A model generated the notes under the pieces. That model was given only the letters and a program-made list of their open reading frames with translations, was not told the DNA's origin and searched no databases. A stretch of DNA of 64,000 bases from an uncultured Alphaproteobacteria bacterium. GTDB taxonomy: Bacteria > Pseudomonadota > Alphaproteobacteria > Rs-D84. The stretch is taken from contig CAXHMP010000002.1 of the NCBI GenBank assembly GCA_964017835.1, forward strand, positions 275-64,274, in the 5' to 3' direction. This document shows, one piece after another, positions 44,422 to 54,359 of the stretch. How positions within the stretch are numbered: the stretch's first letter is position 1; each line of letters opens with the position of its first letter. Position numbers and translations under genes: made by a program.

Positions 44422-44976
44422 TTATTTCCGACGCCGTCCCAATACAACAACCAATCCCATGACCAAGGCCGCCATCAACACGTACCAATAGGTCATTGAC
44501 CCATTATCAGTTTTTTTTTGCGGTGCGGTGCCAAATTCGGCCATTTTTGCAACGCGGCCGGTATGCTGGGTGCGATAACCGTCGGCATCGCGCGTCATGG
44601 CGCTGCGGACGGCGGCGGCGGCCTGAATCTGGTCGTCGGTCATGCCGCTTTCAACCGCGCGGCGCAAATCGTCCTGCATGAAGTCGGCGTAGCCCTGGAA
44701 ACATTTTTCACCCACCACAATCACCGGAACGCCACCGTTGTCAAACTTGCACTTGGTGACGGCATCCCGGAACAGGGGCATGTTGTTGTTGTCCATCACA
44801 TTGATATTGATGATTTCAATGTCGGGGTATTCATACATCATCTGTTGGGCGAAAAAGTCACGCGCATGATGACAATGCGGACATGACGGGGAATAAAACA
44901 GACGAACATCCGTCGCGCCCGCCGCGCCCATGAACACCAGCGCCGCATGCGCCGCAAATAATAACGTTTTTTTCAT
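44422..44976 (-). CDS. Secreted thioredoxin-fold protein with CPHC motif and C-terminal membrane anchor (184 aa from ATG 44976)
   Basis: Signal peptide MKKTLLFAAHAALVFMGAAGA. YSPSCPHCHHARDFF. C-terminal YWYVLMAALVMGLVVVLGRRRK. AGGAGAA Shine-Dalgarno before 44976. The ORF track start at 45207 is unlikely. Confidence 0.7.
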   Translation of the reverse strand: MKKTLLFAAHAALVFMGAAGATDVRLFYSPSCPHCHHARDFFAQQMMYEYPDIEIININVMDNNNMPLFRDAVTKCKFDNGGVPVIVVGEKCFQGYADFMQDDLRRAVESGMTDDQIQAAAAVRSAMTRDADGYRTQHTGRVAKMAEFGTAPQKKTDNGSMTYWYVLMAALVMGLVVVLGRRRK

Positions 44977-45140
44977 GATAATTTTCTCCTTTGATGGGGT
45001 AATTATAGAAATCGATGCCGATGGGTGCAAGCCCTTTTTATCGGCATAATATCCCGCCGGCGAAATGGTCATAGGTTCCTGTTGAAGAATTTGGGTGGGC
45101 GCGTCAAAATGTTGGGGTAACACAATCGGGGGGATACGCC

Positions 45141-45728
45141 ATGTTTTCACTGGAACAATTTCCGTTGCCATTTGGGGTCGATGCGCTGGCGCCATATATG
45201 TCGGCAAGCACCATTAAATATCATTACGGCCATCATCTGGCGGGATATATAAAAAAAACAAACGATTTGATTGCTGGGACCGAATACGAATCCCAGCCCC
45301 TGGCCCAGATTATCATGCAATCGGCCACCGATGCGACGCCCATGGGTCAGAAAATTTTCAACAATTCCGCCCAGGTTTTTAATCATGCGTTTTTCTTTCG
45401 CTGTCTGCGGCGGGGGGTGGATGCGCCGGTTCCGCGGGCGATTATTGATGCGTTTGGTTCGGTCGACCAATTCCGCAATGATTTTGCCGATGCCGCCCGC
45501 GCTGTATTCGGCAGCGGGTGGACATGGCTGGTGCGTGACGGGAATAAATTGCGTTTGGTCAACACCGAAAACGCCGATACGCCCATGACCCACGGGATGC
45601 AGCCGATTTTAACCCTGGATGTGTGGGAACACGCCTATTACTTGGATTATCAAAACCGGCGCGATGAATTTATTGACGCGTTCTTGACGCATTTAATTGA
45701 TTGGGACTGGGTGGCCCAGAATCTGTAA
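45141..45728 (+). CDS. sodB: Superoxide dismutase, Fe type
   Basis: LPFGVDALAPYMSASTIKYHYGHH, FNNSAQVFNHAFFF (Fe-type Gln position), DVWEHAYYLDYQNRR. Confidence 0.92.
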   Translation: MFSLEQFPLPFGVDALAPYMSASTIKYHYGHHLAGYIKKTNDLIAGTEYESQPLAQIIMQSATDATPMGQKIFNNSAQVFNHAFFFRCLRRGVDAPVPRAIIDAFGSVDQFRNDFADAARAVFGSGWTWLVRDGNKLRLVNTENADTPMTHGMQPILTLDVWEHAYYLDYQNRRDEFIDAFLTHLIDWDWVAQNL

Positions 45729-45730
45729 AA

Positions 45731-45758
45731 CAAAACCGGGCGTTGCCCGGTTTTGTTT
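45731..45758. terminator. Bidirectional intrinsic terminator
   Basis: AAACCGGGC-GTT-GCCCGGTTT flanked by an A-run and TGTTT. Confidence 0.8.
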
Positions 45759-45765
45759 ATGCATT

Positions 45766-46695
45766 TTATTTCGCGATGGCGTCAAAATTGGTGCGGATGA
45801 TTTTCGCCGACCGTTTCAAGGCGACCGATTCTGCGTCCGACATCTTGGGCATCAGGACGGTTGTTACCCCATCCGCCCCCACAATCGACGGCATTGACAT
45901 GGCCACGCCCATGCGGGTGGCGGTGGTGCTGACCGTCAAAATGCGGCGTTCGTTGCGCGCGATGCATTTCAGTAAATCCGCCGCCGCCGACCCAATCCCA
46001 TCCCATGTGGCGCCACGGCCCTGGATAATTTCATAGGCGGCGTTTCGGACGCGGTATTCGATTGTGCGGCGCGTGGTCTGGGTTAATGAAATTTTTGTCT
46101 GGCGACAAAAATCATCCAGGCCGATTGCACCCACTGTGGCCGATGCCCAGTTAATCACACTGCTGTCGCCATGTTCCCCCAGGACGTATGCGTTTATCGA
46201 TTGGGTGGACGCCCCCAGGCCGCGGGCCAATATCGTGCGCAGGCGCCCCGAATCCAGCATCGTTCCAGTACCGATAACGCGACCGGAGGGTAATTTGGAC
46301 AGGCGTTGTGTTAACATAACCATCACGTCCAAGGGATTGGTCACCACAATTATCTTAACTGTTTGGGCATCAACATTTGGCATGATGCGCGGTACAATGT
46401 CATTGATGACCGCCGCGTTTTTATTCAGTAAATCCATGCGGGTTTCGCCCGGCTTTTGATTGGCGCCCGCCGCGATAATCACAACATCGGACCCACGGAT
46501 ATCACGATAACCGGACGCCGCGCGGATATTGACGTCCCAACAGAACGCGGCCGCGTGGCCCAAATCTTCGGCCGCCGCCCGTGCGCGCGCCGTATCCCGG
46601 TCCAACAACACCATTTCCGACGCCAGGCCGGTATTCTGGACCGCGGTGGCGACCGCGGACCCCACGCTGCCGATGCCGATAATTGACACTTTCAT
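45766..46695 (-). CDS. ldh: L-lactate/malate dehydrogenase family, LDH-like
   Basis: MKVSIIGIGSVGSAVA Rossmann motif, GANQKPGETRMDLL (Gln at the LDH-type specificity position), VTNPLDVM, GTGTMLDSGR, GEHGDS. Confidence 0.8.
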   Translation of the reverse strand: MKVSIIGIGSVGSAVATAVQNTGLASEMVLLDRDTARARAAAEDLGHAAAFCWDVNIRAASGYRDIRGSDVVIIAAGANQKPGETRMDLLNKNAAVINDIVPRIMPNVDAQTVKIIVVTNPLDVMVMLTQRLSKLPSGRVIGTGTMLDSGRLRTILARGLGASTQSINAYVLGEHGDSSVINWASATVGAIGLDDFCRQTKISLTQTTRRTIEYRVRNAAYEIIQGRGATWDGIGSAAADLLKCIARNERRILTVSTTATRMGVAMSMPSIVGADGVTTVLMPKMSDAESVALKRSAKIIRTNFDAIAK

Positions 46696-46750
46696 TGTTA
46701 TTCCCCCGTTTTATTGATTCCCGTATTATACCAGAAATTTGTTGTGGCGT

Positions 46751-46777
46751 AAATGAAAACGGGGCCGCGGCCCCGTT
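46751..46777 (-). terminator. Intrinsic terminator after the peptidase gene
   Basis: Palindrome AACGGGGCCGCGGCCCCGTT. On the - strand it is followed by TTTCATTT. Confidence 0.6.
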
Positions 46778-46779
46778 TC

Positions 46780-48768
46780 CTACCATAATTTAACCCGCGC
46801 GTCCGGGGCGATATACATTTTATCGGCCGGCGTGATGTCAAAGGCGTCATACCATGCATCAATATGCGGCAAGATGCCGTTTACCCGCCACCGCGACAGG
46901 GAATGTTCGTCGGTCTTGGTTTGATTAATCAGGGCGTCGTCGCGGATATTCGACTTTTCGGTTCCCACGTACGCAATGAAAAAGCGCATGTCCCCCGTTC
47001 GGCCGTTTTCATCCGGCGCGGGGATTTGTGCAAAATTCTTGTACGCGGTATAGGCCACCGTGATGCCGCCGTAATCGGCCAGGTTTTCACCCAATGTAAA
47101 TGTCCCGTTGGCATGAACGCCGGGCGCCACCAAAATATTGTCAAAGAATTTGCGCATCACGTCCGCCCGTTTCACAAAGGCGTCTGCATCGGCGTCGGTC
47201 CACCAATCGCGCATGTTGCCGCGCGCGTCAAAGTGCCGGCCGGTGTCGTCGAAACCGTGCGTCATTTCATGGCCAATAACACTGCCGATGGCGCCATAGT
47301 TAAACGCATCGTCGGCATCCATGTCAAAAAACGGGTACTGCAAAATTCCCGCCGGGAAACAGATTTCGTTTGTTGACGGGTCATAATACGCGTTGACCTC
47401 GTGCGCGTTCATGTACCAAATCGTCGGGTCATTTTTCTGGCCGATTTTATCCATCCAAAAACGGTCTTCGAATTCGGCAACACGCGTCATATTGTCCCAC
47501 AGAGACGCGTCCGCGCGAATGTCCAGTTTTGAATAGTCGCGCCATTTGTCCGGGTATCCGATTTTCGCCCGAAAGGTCCCCAGTTTTTCCAACGCCCGTG
47601 CGCGTGTTTCATCCGACATCCACGTCAATTTTTCAATCCGCATTCCCAACGCACGGCGCAGGTTTTCGATTAACTGGGTCATGCGTTCCTTGGCCGCGGG
47701 GGAAAAATATTTGTCGACATACAACTGGCCGACCGATTCCCCCAGGGAATCGTCAATCATGGAAACCGCGCGTTTCCAACGGGGTTTTGGCGTCGTCTGG
47801 CCATTGATGGTGCGGTTATAAAAGTCAAACGCGATGTCGTATGTTTTATCATCCAACAGCCCGATGCCCGAATTAATCACGCGCCATTTCAAATATGTTT
47901 TTATTAATTCCAAATCGGTGTCGCGCATGATGGCGATGGATTCGGTGATGGCCGATGGCTGGGCCACGTTGATAAATTCCGGCGCAATTTGGCGGGCGGC
48001 AAAATACGCATCCCAATCAAAGCCCGGGAACTGGGCCGCCATGTCGCGGCGCGAAATTTTGTGGTAATTGGCGTGCGGGTCGCGCAGGACTTCCTTGGTA
48101 TGAAAGGCCCGGGCCATGCGTTCCTCGAACGCATACAGGGCGTCTGCGTCCACATCAATGCCAAAGTTTTGCATCTGGTCTGTGATGTATTTCTTGTACT
48201 TGGTGCGGGTGTCGGCCGCCTTGGCATCGTCGTCAAAGAAATAATCGCGCGACAGTCCCACGCCCCCCTGGTGAATGTTATACAGGAAATGGTCGCTGTC
48301 CATTTCGTCCAGTGACACCCCGTCCCCCCAAAACGATGTGACGGTCGCGTGCATCTTGCCCAAAAAATCGGCCAGTTCGTCGCGGGATTTGATTTCATCA
48401 ATCTGGGCCAAATCCGCCGCCACGGGCGTGGTGCCGTCGGCGTTTAATTTTTCGGCATCCATGGCGATGCGGTACAGTGTGCCGATTTTGCCGTTATCAT
48501 TTTCGGCGATGTTGCGCACCCGTTCCAAATTTTCCGACCGCAGAACGTCAAACGACCCATAGCGCACATAGTCGTCCGGAATGGGGTTGGCGTCGCGCCA
48601 CCCGCGGGATGCGTAATCATAAAAATCGTCGCCCGGGCGTACGGTTAAATCCATGTCTTGGGGACGGATACCTGTGGTCATTTTTTTGTCCTTTGTCATA
48701 TAAAACGCCCCGGCCAGCGATACGGCCACAGCGATTATTCCAATAATGTTCAAGAATTTGTTTTCCAT
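46780..48768 (-). CDS. M13 family zinc metallopeptidase (PepO/neprilysin-like, 662 aa)
   Basis: VIGHEMTHGFD (HExxH), NAYY and ENLADYGG (downstream Glu ligand region), N-terminal membrane/signal anchor. Confidence 0.9.
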   Translation of the reverse strand: MENKFLNIIGIIAVAVSLAGAFYMTKDKKMTTGIRPQDMDLTVRPGDDFYDYASRGWRDANPIPDDYVRYGSFDVLRSENLERVRNIAENDNGKIGTLYRIAMDAEKLNADGTTPVAADLAQIDEIKSRDELADFLGKMHATVTSFWGDGVSLDEMDSDHFLYNIHQGGVGLSRDYFFDDDAKAADTRTKYKKYITDQMQNFGIDVDADALYAFEERMARAFHTKEVLRDPHANYHKISRRDMAAQFPGFDWDAYFAARQIAPEFINVAQPSAITESIAIMRDTDLELIKTYLKWRVINSGIGLLDDKTYDIAFDFYNRTINGQTTPKPRWKRAVSMIDDSLGESVGQLYVDKYFSPAAKERMTQLIENLRRALGMRIEKLTWMSDETRARALEKLGTFRAKIGYPDKWRDYSKLDIRADASLWDNMTRVAEFEDRFWMDKIGQKNDPTIWYMNAHEVNAYYDPSTNEICFPAGILQYPFFDMDADDAFNYGAIGSVIGHEMTHGFDDTGRHFDARGNMRDWWTDADADAFVKRADVMRKFFDNILVAPGVHANGTFTLGENLADYGGITVAYTAYKNFAQIPAPDENGRTGDMRFFIAYVGTEKSNIRDDALINQTKTDEHSLSRWRVNGILPHIDAWYDAFDITPADKMYIAPDARVKLW

Positions 48769-48769
48769 T

Positions 48770-49825
48770 TTATGCCACCAATTTTATCAATATTTCGTCC
48801 AAAATCAAGATGCCGTTATTCGTTGCCGCCAAACGGTTGTCGGGGGTCAATGTAATTAAACCGTCCATATCGCGCGCCGCGTTCCAATCAATCGCCGCGC
48901 GCACATCCGGCGTCAGGTTAACCCCGCGCGTGGTGCGCATACCGGTAATAATTTGTTCAACGGCGCGCGTGGTATTCGATATCGGGGTGCAGCGCCCGCC
49001 GCCCCCCATTTGGTCATGCCAAACGTCATCAATGATGGGACGGCCCGCGGCCCCGCGGCCCAATCCAATGTACGGCGCCGCGTCCCAAATATTGGAATTA
49101 TGTTGGCATTCGTTGCCCGGGGCGGCGTAATTTGATACCTCGTACCTGGCCAGGTGCAACGTATCCGAAATCGCATTGTACATGTCGGCCATGGTGTCGT
49201 TGTCCGGCATATCCAGATTCATTTTGCCAAATGGCGTCGCCGGTTCAATCGTTAATTCATACAGCGACGCGTGTCGTAACCCGATGTCATTAATTTGACG
49301 GCACAGATGTTCAACACTGGGTGCCGTATGTCCCGGCAGGCCATAGATAAAATCCGCCGACACACGCAGGCCTGCATTTAATCCTGCGTCAATCAATCGG
49401 CGGGCATCGGTCGCACTGTGGCGCCGCCCCAGGAATGCCAATTCTTCATCATTAAAACTCTGGACCCCAATCGACAGGCGATTAACCCCCAGATTTTGAA
49501 AGGCGCCCAATCGTTCCCCGTCCAATGTGCCGGGATTTGATTCCAATGTGATTTCGCACAGGGGCGATACATCAAAACTGTTACGGATATGGGTCATTAT
49601 CCGGTCAAAAATGGGCGTCGGCATCAGCGACGGCGTCCCCCCGCCAAAGAAAATGGTTGGGACCGAAAATTTACCCAGTTTCAATCGCCAATCATCGATT
49701 TCCCGGCAAATCCCGCCCGCGTACATATCCCAATCGGGTTTGACGGCCGCCGAATAAAAGGCGCAGTAACGACATTTTGATGCGCAAAAGGGGACATGGA
49801 TATAAAGATTGTGGGCGACTGTCAT
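48770..49825 (-). CDS. hemW: Radical SAM heme chaperone HemW (oxygen-independent coproporphyrinogen oxidase-like)
   Basis: YIHVPFCASKCRYCAFY (CxxxCxxC), FFGGGTPS, NRLSIGVQSF. Confidence 0.88.
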   Translation of the reverse strand: MTVAHNLYIHVPFCASKCRYCAFYSAAVKPDWDMYAGGICREIDDWRLKLGKFSVPTIFFGGGTPSLMPTPIFDRIMTHIRNSFDVSPLCEITLESNPGTLDGERLGAFQNLGVNRLSIGVQSFNDEELAFLGRRHSATDARRLIDAGLNAGLRVSADFIYGLPGHTAPSVEHLCRQINDIGLRHASLYELTIEPATPFGKMNLDMPDNDTMADMYNAISDTLHLARYEVSNYAAPGNECQHNSNIWDAAPYIGLGRGAAGRPIIDDVWHDQMGGGGRCTPISNTTRAVEQIITGMRTTRGVNLTPDVRAAIDWNAARDMDGLITLTPDNRLAATNNGILILDEILIKLVA

Positions 49826-49923
49826 GGATTTTTATTCTAATGACAAGGCGACCAGATTCAAGTATAAATTAATCGCTTTTGCTGGAAAAATATTTATGAT
49901 ATAATGCGGATATTGATTTAGGT

Positions 49924-51396
49924 ATGAGAAAAAGTTTATTGGCATTTTTTACCGGAATTCTGATGCCTGGGGCCGTTGTCGCGGCCAGTGAAGGGGTCCC
50001 GGTTTATTATCAGTCGCAGTCTCAAAACGCGAACCAGGCGGCCTATGGCGAATACGCGGCCCAGGGATATTCCAAATACGTCGGGCAATCTGGCCAGAAA
50101 CAGGTCGTTGGCACGCGTACCCAGACGTATCAGGTCCCCAAGGCGGTCACCCCAACCATTGCGGGAACCATGACCGCAAACGGCATTTCTTTGCCGGCCG
50201 ATGCGGAAAATGGGACCCAGGTTTTTGCCGAATACAGCCGGCGCTTTGCAGATTTTCAATTTAAAACGGGCGTGAATTCCATTCTGGAATGGGATGACAT
50301 GATTTTTAATGAAATCACGGTTGGCGCCCAGCATAACTTTTCAATCCGCAGTTTTGATATGTTTGCCTACGGTCAATATACGTACGGCGATTTGTCGCAC
50401 GGCGGGCTGTCGATGGACTATGACCTGGACCCGTTTGATTATTCCAAGCCGTCTGAGGGGATATTCACCATTTCAATGGGGGATATGTCGGGGCGGTCCA
50501 ATCATTTCCGCTTTGGAATCGGTGCGCGGCACGTGTGGGATATTGGCGGATGGAAATTGTCGCCGTCGATTGGGTATGAGATTTTCAAACATAATCTGGA
50601 AATGGGGAATCATATTTACCCCAATCCCGGTGTGTATTTGCCCCTGATGACGGACAAGGGGGATTATGTCTATGGCGATTCCCAGGGGTATTATTACAGT
50701 TTGCCGGTCGGCACCACACCGCCTGATGATTGGTACCAGGTTTGTATGTCCCCCGAAGATATCAAAATTGTTCCCGCCGTCGGCAGTGGTGTGGAATTGG
50801 GTGATAAGCTGACAACGGTTGACTATGACCCGGCGTTGGGAATTATCCCATGGGGGGTCGAGGCCGGCGAATGCGTCATTATTGGTGGCGATGGTCCCAT
50901 TCAAATCGAAGGCACAACCCATATTTACAACACAACGTGGAGTGGGTTCTATGTCGGCCTGGAAGTTGAAAAGCAAATGACGCTGACCGACAAATTGCGC
51001 TTTTATGTCCAGTTCGGCTTGCCCAAATACTCATCCGAAGGGATTTGGCCCAATCGTGACGATTGGCAACAGAACCCCAGCTTTATTGACGAAGGCAGCA
51101 ATGGCGCGTATTCATACGCCGCGGAAATGGAATATAATTACCGGCTGTCGGACAGATTGCAATTGGCGTTAAAGGTTGACACCAACGTCTTTCATGTGGG
51201 CAAAATTCCGGGTGAATTGTATATCGCGGAATACAGCCATTATCTGACCGATGCCAACGGCCAATACATTTTGGATGATAACGGTTTGCCCATTTTGGAA
51301 ACAATACCCGCACACACCGAACATGTGACAGATTCGCTGAAAGAGGCGACATGGCAATCGTTCGGTCTGCATTTGGGTATCAAGTACGCGTTCTAA
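49924..51396 (+). CDS. Outer-membrane beta-barrel protein (490 aa)
   Basis: Signal peptide MRKSLLAFFTGILMPGAVVA. Alternating strand pattern. C-terminal LGIKYAF. Confidence 0.65.
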   Translation: MRKSLLAFFTGILMPGAVVAASEGVPVYYQSQSQNANQAAYGEYAAQGYSKYVGQSGQKQVVGTRTQTYQVPKAVTPTIAGTMTANGISLPADAENGTQVFAEYSRRFADFQFKTGVNSILEWDDMIFNEITVGAQHNFSIRSFDMFAYGQYTYGDLSHGGLSMDYDLDPFDYSKPSEGIFTISMGDMSGRSNHFRFGIGARHVWDIGGWKLSPSIGYEIFKHNLEMGNHIYPNPGVYLPLMTDKGDYVYGDSQGYYYSLPVGTTPPDDWYQVCMSPEDIKIVPAVGSGVELGDKLTTVDYDPALGIIPWGVEAGECVIIGGDGPIQIEGTTHIYNTTWSGFYVGLEVEKQMTLTDKLRFYVQFGLPKYSSEGIWPNRDDWQQNPSFIDEGSNGAYSYAAEMEYNYRLSDRLQLALKVDTNVFHVGKIPGELYIAEYSHYLTDANGQYILDDNGLPILETIPAHTEHVTDSLKEATWQSFGLHLGIKYAF

Positions 51397-51414
51397 AGTT
51401 TTATTTAACCCGGG

Positions 51415-52476
51415 GTGATGAATATGAAATCTGTGATGGCGCGCCTGGCGGGCGCTGTGGTGTTGTGTTTTTTGTCGGTACCGGCGTTGGCCGAACGGGG
51501 CTGTTTTGATACCGCGCGATGGGATGCGATTTTGTCGGATGTTCGCGTTTCTGCCGCGGCGGCGGGGGTGGGTGATGCAACAATCAATGCCGTCGTCAAA
51601 TCGCCGGCCTTTATTCCCGCCATTGTCAAAAGCGACGCGAACCAGGCCGAATTCAAACTGACGCTGGACCAATATTTGGCGCGAACAATCAATGCCACCC
51701 GCATTGCCCAGGGCAAAAAGATGCAAGCGACATATCCAACCATGCTGGGGCGTGTGGAAAATAAATACGCGGTTCCCCCGCATGTGATTTTGGCGTTTTG
51801 GGGATTGGAATCGAATTACGGCGGGTTCAAGGCGCGTCACAAATTAACCGATGCATTTTTAACCCTGATTTACGAAGGGCGCCGTGAGACGTTTTTCAAA
51901 AAGCAATTGTTATCGCTGATGAAAACGGCGTCTAAAAATAATCTGGATATCGCCGACATTCGTGGCAGTTGGGCCGGCGCCATGGGACACTTTCAATTTA
52001 TACCGACCACGTTGGAACAATACGGCACGGACGGAAATGGGGACGGAAAAATCGACATTATCCACAGTGTTGGCGACGCCATGTTCAGTGCGGGAAATTA
52101 TCTGAACAAACTGGGGTGGGACCCGACCCAGCGGATTGTGCGTCGTGTCGCGCTGCCGGCGGATTTTGATACCAGTTTGCTGGACAGTAAAACAAAAAAA
52201 TCATTGGTTGAATGGATGCAAATGGGGGTGACAAACCCGGACGGGACGCCCATTCCCGTGGCGGACATGACGGCCGGATTGGTGGCTGATTTGAACCAAG
52301 TCGCGCTGCAGCCTGCAACTATTACCGATGCACAAAATGCCATTGATACCGATGTCGCCCCGCGGCCGGTGATTGTGGCGTATTTAACCTATCCCAATTT
52401 TTATCGCATTAAAAAGTGGAACAGTTCAAATTGGTATGCCATTGCGGTGGCAACACTGGCCGATGAATTGAAATAA
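51415..52476 (+). CDS. Lytic murein transglycosylase (MltB/SLT_2-like)
   Basis: Signal peptide, ILAFWGLESNYG (catalytic Glu block), GSWAGAMGHFQFIPTT, C-terminal peptidoglycan-binding-like region. Confidence 0.85.
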   Translation: MMNMKSVMARLAGAVVLCFLSVPALAERGCFDTARWDAILSDVRVSAAAAGVGDATINAVVKSPAFIPAIVKSDANQAEFKLTLDQYLARTINATRIAQGKKMQATYPTMLGRVENKYAVPPHVILAFWGLESNYGGFKARHKLTDAFLTLIYEGRRETFFKKQLLSLMKTASKNNLDIADIRGSWAGAMGHFQFIPTTLEQYGTDGNGDGKIDIIHSVGDAMFSAGNYLNKLGWDPTQRIVRRVALPADFDTSLLDSKTKKSLVEWMQMGVTNPDGTPIPVADMTAGLVADLNQVALQPATITDAQNAIDTDVAPRPVIVAYLTYPNFYRIKKWNSSNWYAIAVATLADELK

Positions 52477-52556
52477 TGACGCCATAATAAAAACGTTGAT
52501 AAGGCGTGTTTTCTTTGATATTCTTCCCAGTGCAGATATATACAAAGGATTAATTT

Positions 52557-53513
52557 ATGGGAATAAAAGTTCGTGATTATGAAGTTCGATTAACCCGGAC
52601 CAAAGAAGAACGGCGTCAGGTGCGCCAGTTGCGCTATGACGTCTTTGTCGAAGAAGAGGGCGCATCTGCCACCGAAGAACAGAAAAACCTGCGCGAGGAA
52701 TATGATGCCTATGACACCTTTGCCGAATATATGGCGGTGTTTCACCAGGGAAAGATTGTCGGGACATATCGGATTATCGACCGGACGGCGGCCGAAAAAA
52801 TGGGGGGCTTTTATACCGAATCCGAATTCAATATTTCAAAAATAAAAAAGGCATCCGGCAATATCGCTGAAATGTCGCGCGCATGCGTGGCGGCCGATTA
52901 TCGCGAAAGCGGTCTGGTGATGCGGATGCTGTGGCTGGGGCTGGGGGAATATATCGCCAAGCGTCAGATTGCCATTTTGTTCGGTGTTGCATCGTGGGTG
53001 GGCCAAAACCCGGTTGATGCCGCCCAGGCGATTTCATATTTATATTATAATCATTTGGCGCCGGTCGGGTTGCGGTCAACGGTGCTGACGGATAAATTTG
53101 CCGATGGGGTTGACCGCCGTCTGGGGCAAATGAATATTTTACCGCGTGCCTTTGTTATCGAAGAACGGGCGCGCCGTGAAATGACACCGTTAATCAAGGG
53201 ATATCTGCGTCTGGGGGCAACATTTGGCAAAGGGGTCTTTGTCGACGCACCGTTTAACACCTATGACGTCTTTGTTATGATGCAAACCAAGAAAATCGAT
53301 GCCGCGTATCAAAAGCATTTCGCCGGCAGTGAAAACGCGTTTGAACATCTGGGGCTGCGCGATGGGGCGATGAAAACGCTGGGGAAAATCGTACTGTTCC
53401 CGGTGACAGGGCCGTATCGGGCCTTGCGCGCGTTTGGGTCGTTCTTGCTGCGCGAAGATGTGGATAATATTGAATATATCGATGATGCCAAATCGGACGT
53501 GTCGGATGATTAA
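52557..53513 (+). CDS. olsB: GNAT-like N-acyltransferase, ornithine-lipid synthase OlsB-like
   Basis: LRYDVFVEEEGA, EYDAYD and GTYRI blocks typical of OlsB/hemolysin-like acyltransferases. Followed by a PlsC-family acyltransferase. Confidence 0.7.
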   Translation: MGIKVRDYEVRLTRTKEERRQVRQLRYDVFVEEEGASATEEQKNLREEYDAYDTFAEYMAVFHQGKIVGTYRIIDRTAAEKMGGFYTESEFNISKIKKASGNIAEMSRACVAADYRESGLVMRMLWLGLGEYIAKRQIAILFGVASWVGQNPVDAAQAISYLYYNHLAPVGLRSTVLTDKFADGVDRRLGQMNILPRAFVIEERARREMTPLIKGYLRLGATFGKGVFVDAPFNTYDVFVMMQTKKIDAAYQKHFAGSENAFEHLGLRDGAMKTLGKIVLFPVTGPYRALRAFGSFLLREDVDNIEYIDDAKSDVSDD

Positions 53514-53525
53514 TCAGGAAACGAT

Positions 53526-54359
53526 ATGATGGCGCGCGTTATTCGGCAAAATTTTTGGAACACAATATGGGGAACGGTTAAGTTTACGCTGTTTCTGATG
53601 GCGGTGCTGGTCCAGTTGCCCATTGTGTTCATTTTGCCGCGCGGTCATGTGTCGGTGGCCTATATGCGCGTGTTTATGCGCATCGTTATTTTTATCGCGG
53701 GTATTCGTATACGGCGCCATGGCGTACTGACCACGGACCGGCCATTGATGGTGGCATGCAATCATATATCCGTGTTTGAATTGGTGACGTTTCCCGTTGC
53801 CTTTGGCGGCAGTTTTTTTGGCAAAAAAGATATCGAACATTGGCCTTTGATTGGATGGGTGTCGAAAAAGTTCGGGGTTATTTTTGTTGACCGCCGGCCC
53901 GCCCACGCCCGTGATGCATTGTTGGCAGTGCAAAATCAAATGGCCTGTGCGTCGTATCCCATGGTGTTATTTCCCGAAGGAACCACCACAAACGGCGCGT
54001 ATGTCAAGCAGTTTAAAAGTACCCTGTTCAATGTGGCGGAACACGGCGGCATAACGATTCAGCCGGTGGTGATTCATTACCGTCACCGTGACGGAACACC
54101 GATATCAGATGATGACATGGCCCAGCATTACGCCTATTTCGATAATGCCAAGCAAGACCGCGGACCATACGCCATGCGTGAACGGTCATTGGTGGCCCAG
54201 GTCTTTCACATCATGGTCATTGGTGGGTTTATGGTGGAATTTACGGTTTTGCCGCCCATCGATTTGGCGGGCATGGACCGCAAGGAAATTGCCGCCCGTT
54301 TGCATGACATCGTATCGGACAAATATTTGGAATTAAAAGACAAAAGAAGTGGAAAATGA
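53526..54359 (+). CDS. olsA: Lysophospholipid (PlsC family) acyltransferase, OlsA-like
   Basis: H(x4)D-type motif region VACNHISVFELV, FPEGTTTNG block, N-terminal membrane helix. Confidence 0.7.
   Translation: MMARVIRQNFWNTIWGTVKFTLFLMAVLVQLPIVFILPRGHVSVAYMRVFMRIVIFIAGIRIRRHGVLTTDRPLMVACNHISVFELVTFPVAFGGSFFGKKDIEHWPLIGWVSKKFGVIFVDRRPAHARDALLAVQNQMACASYPMVLFPEGTTTNGAYVKQFKSTLFNVAEHGGITIQPVVIHYRHRDGTPISDDDMAQHYAYFDNAKQDRGPYAMRERSLVAQVFHIMVIGGFMVEFTVLPPIDLAGMDRKEIAARLHDIVSDKYLELKDKRSGK

Noticed and set aside
44977-45207. N-terminal 77-aa extension of the thioredoxin-fold ORF as given in the ORF track, overlapping the sodB start on the opposite strand
   Set aside because: An internal ATG at 44976 has a strong AGGAGAA Shine-Dalgarno and begins a canonical signal peptide. 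The extension has no such features and would overlap the sodB 5' region.
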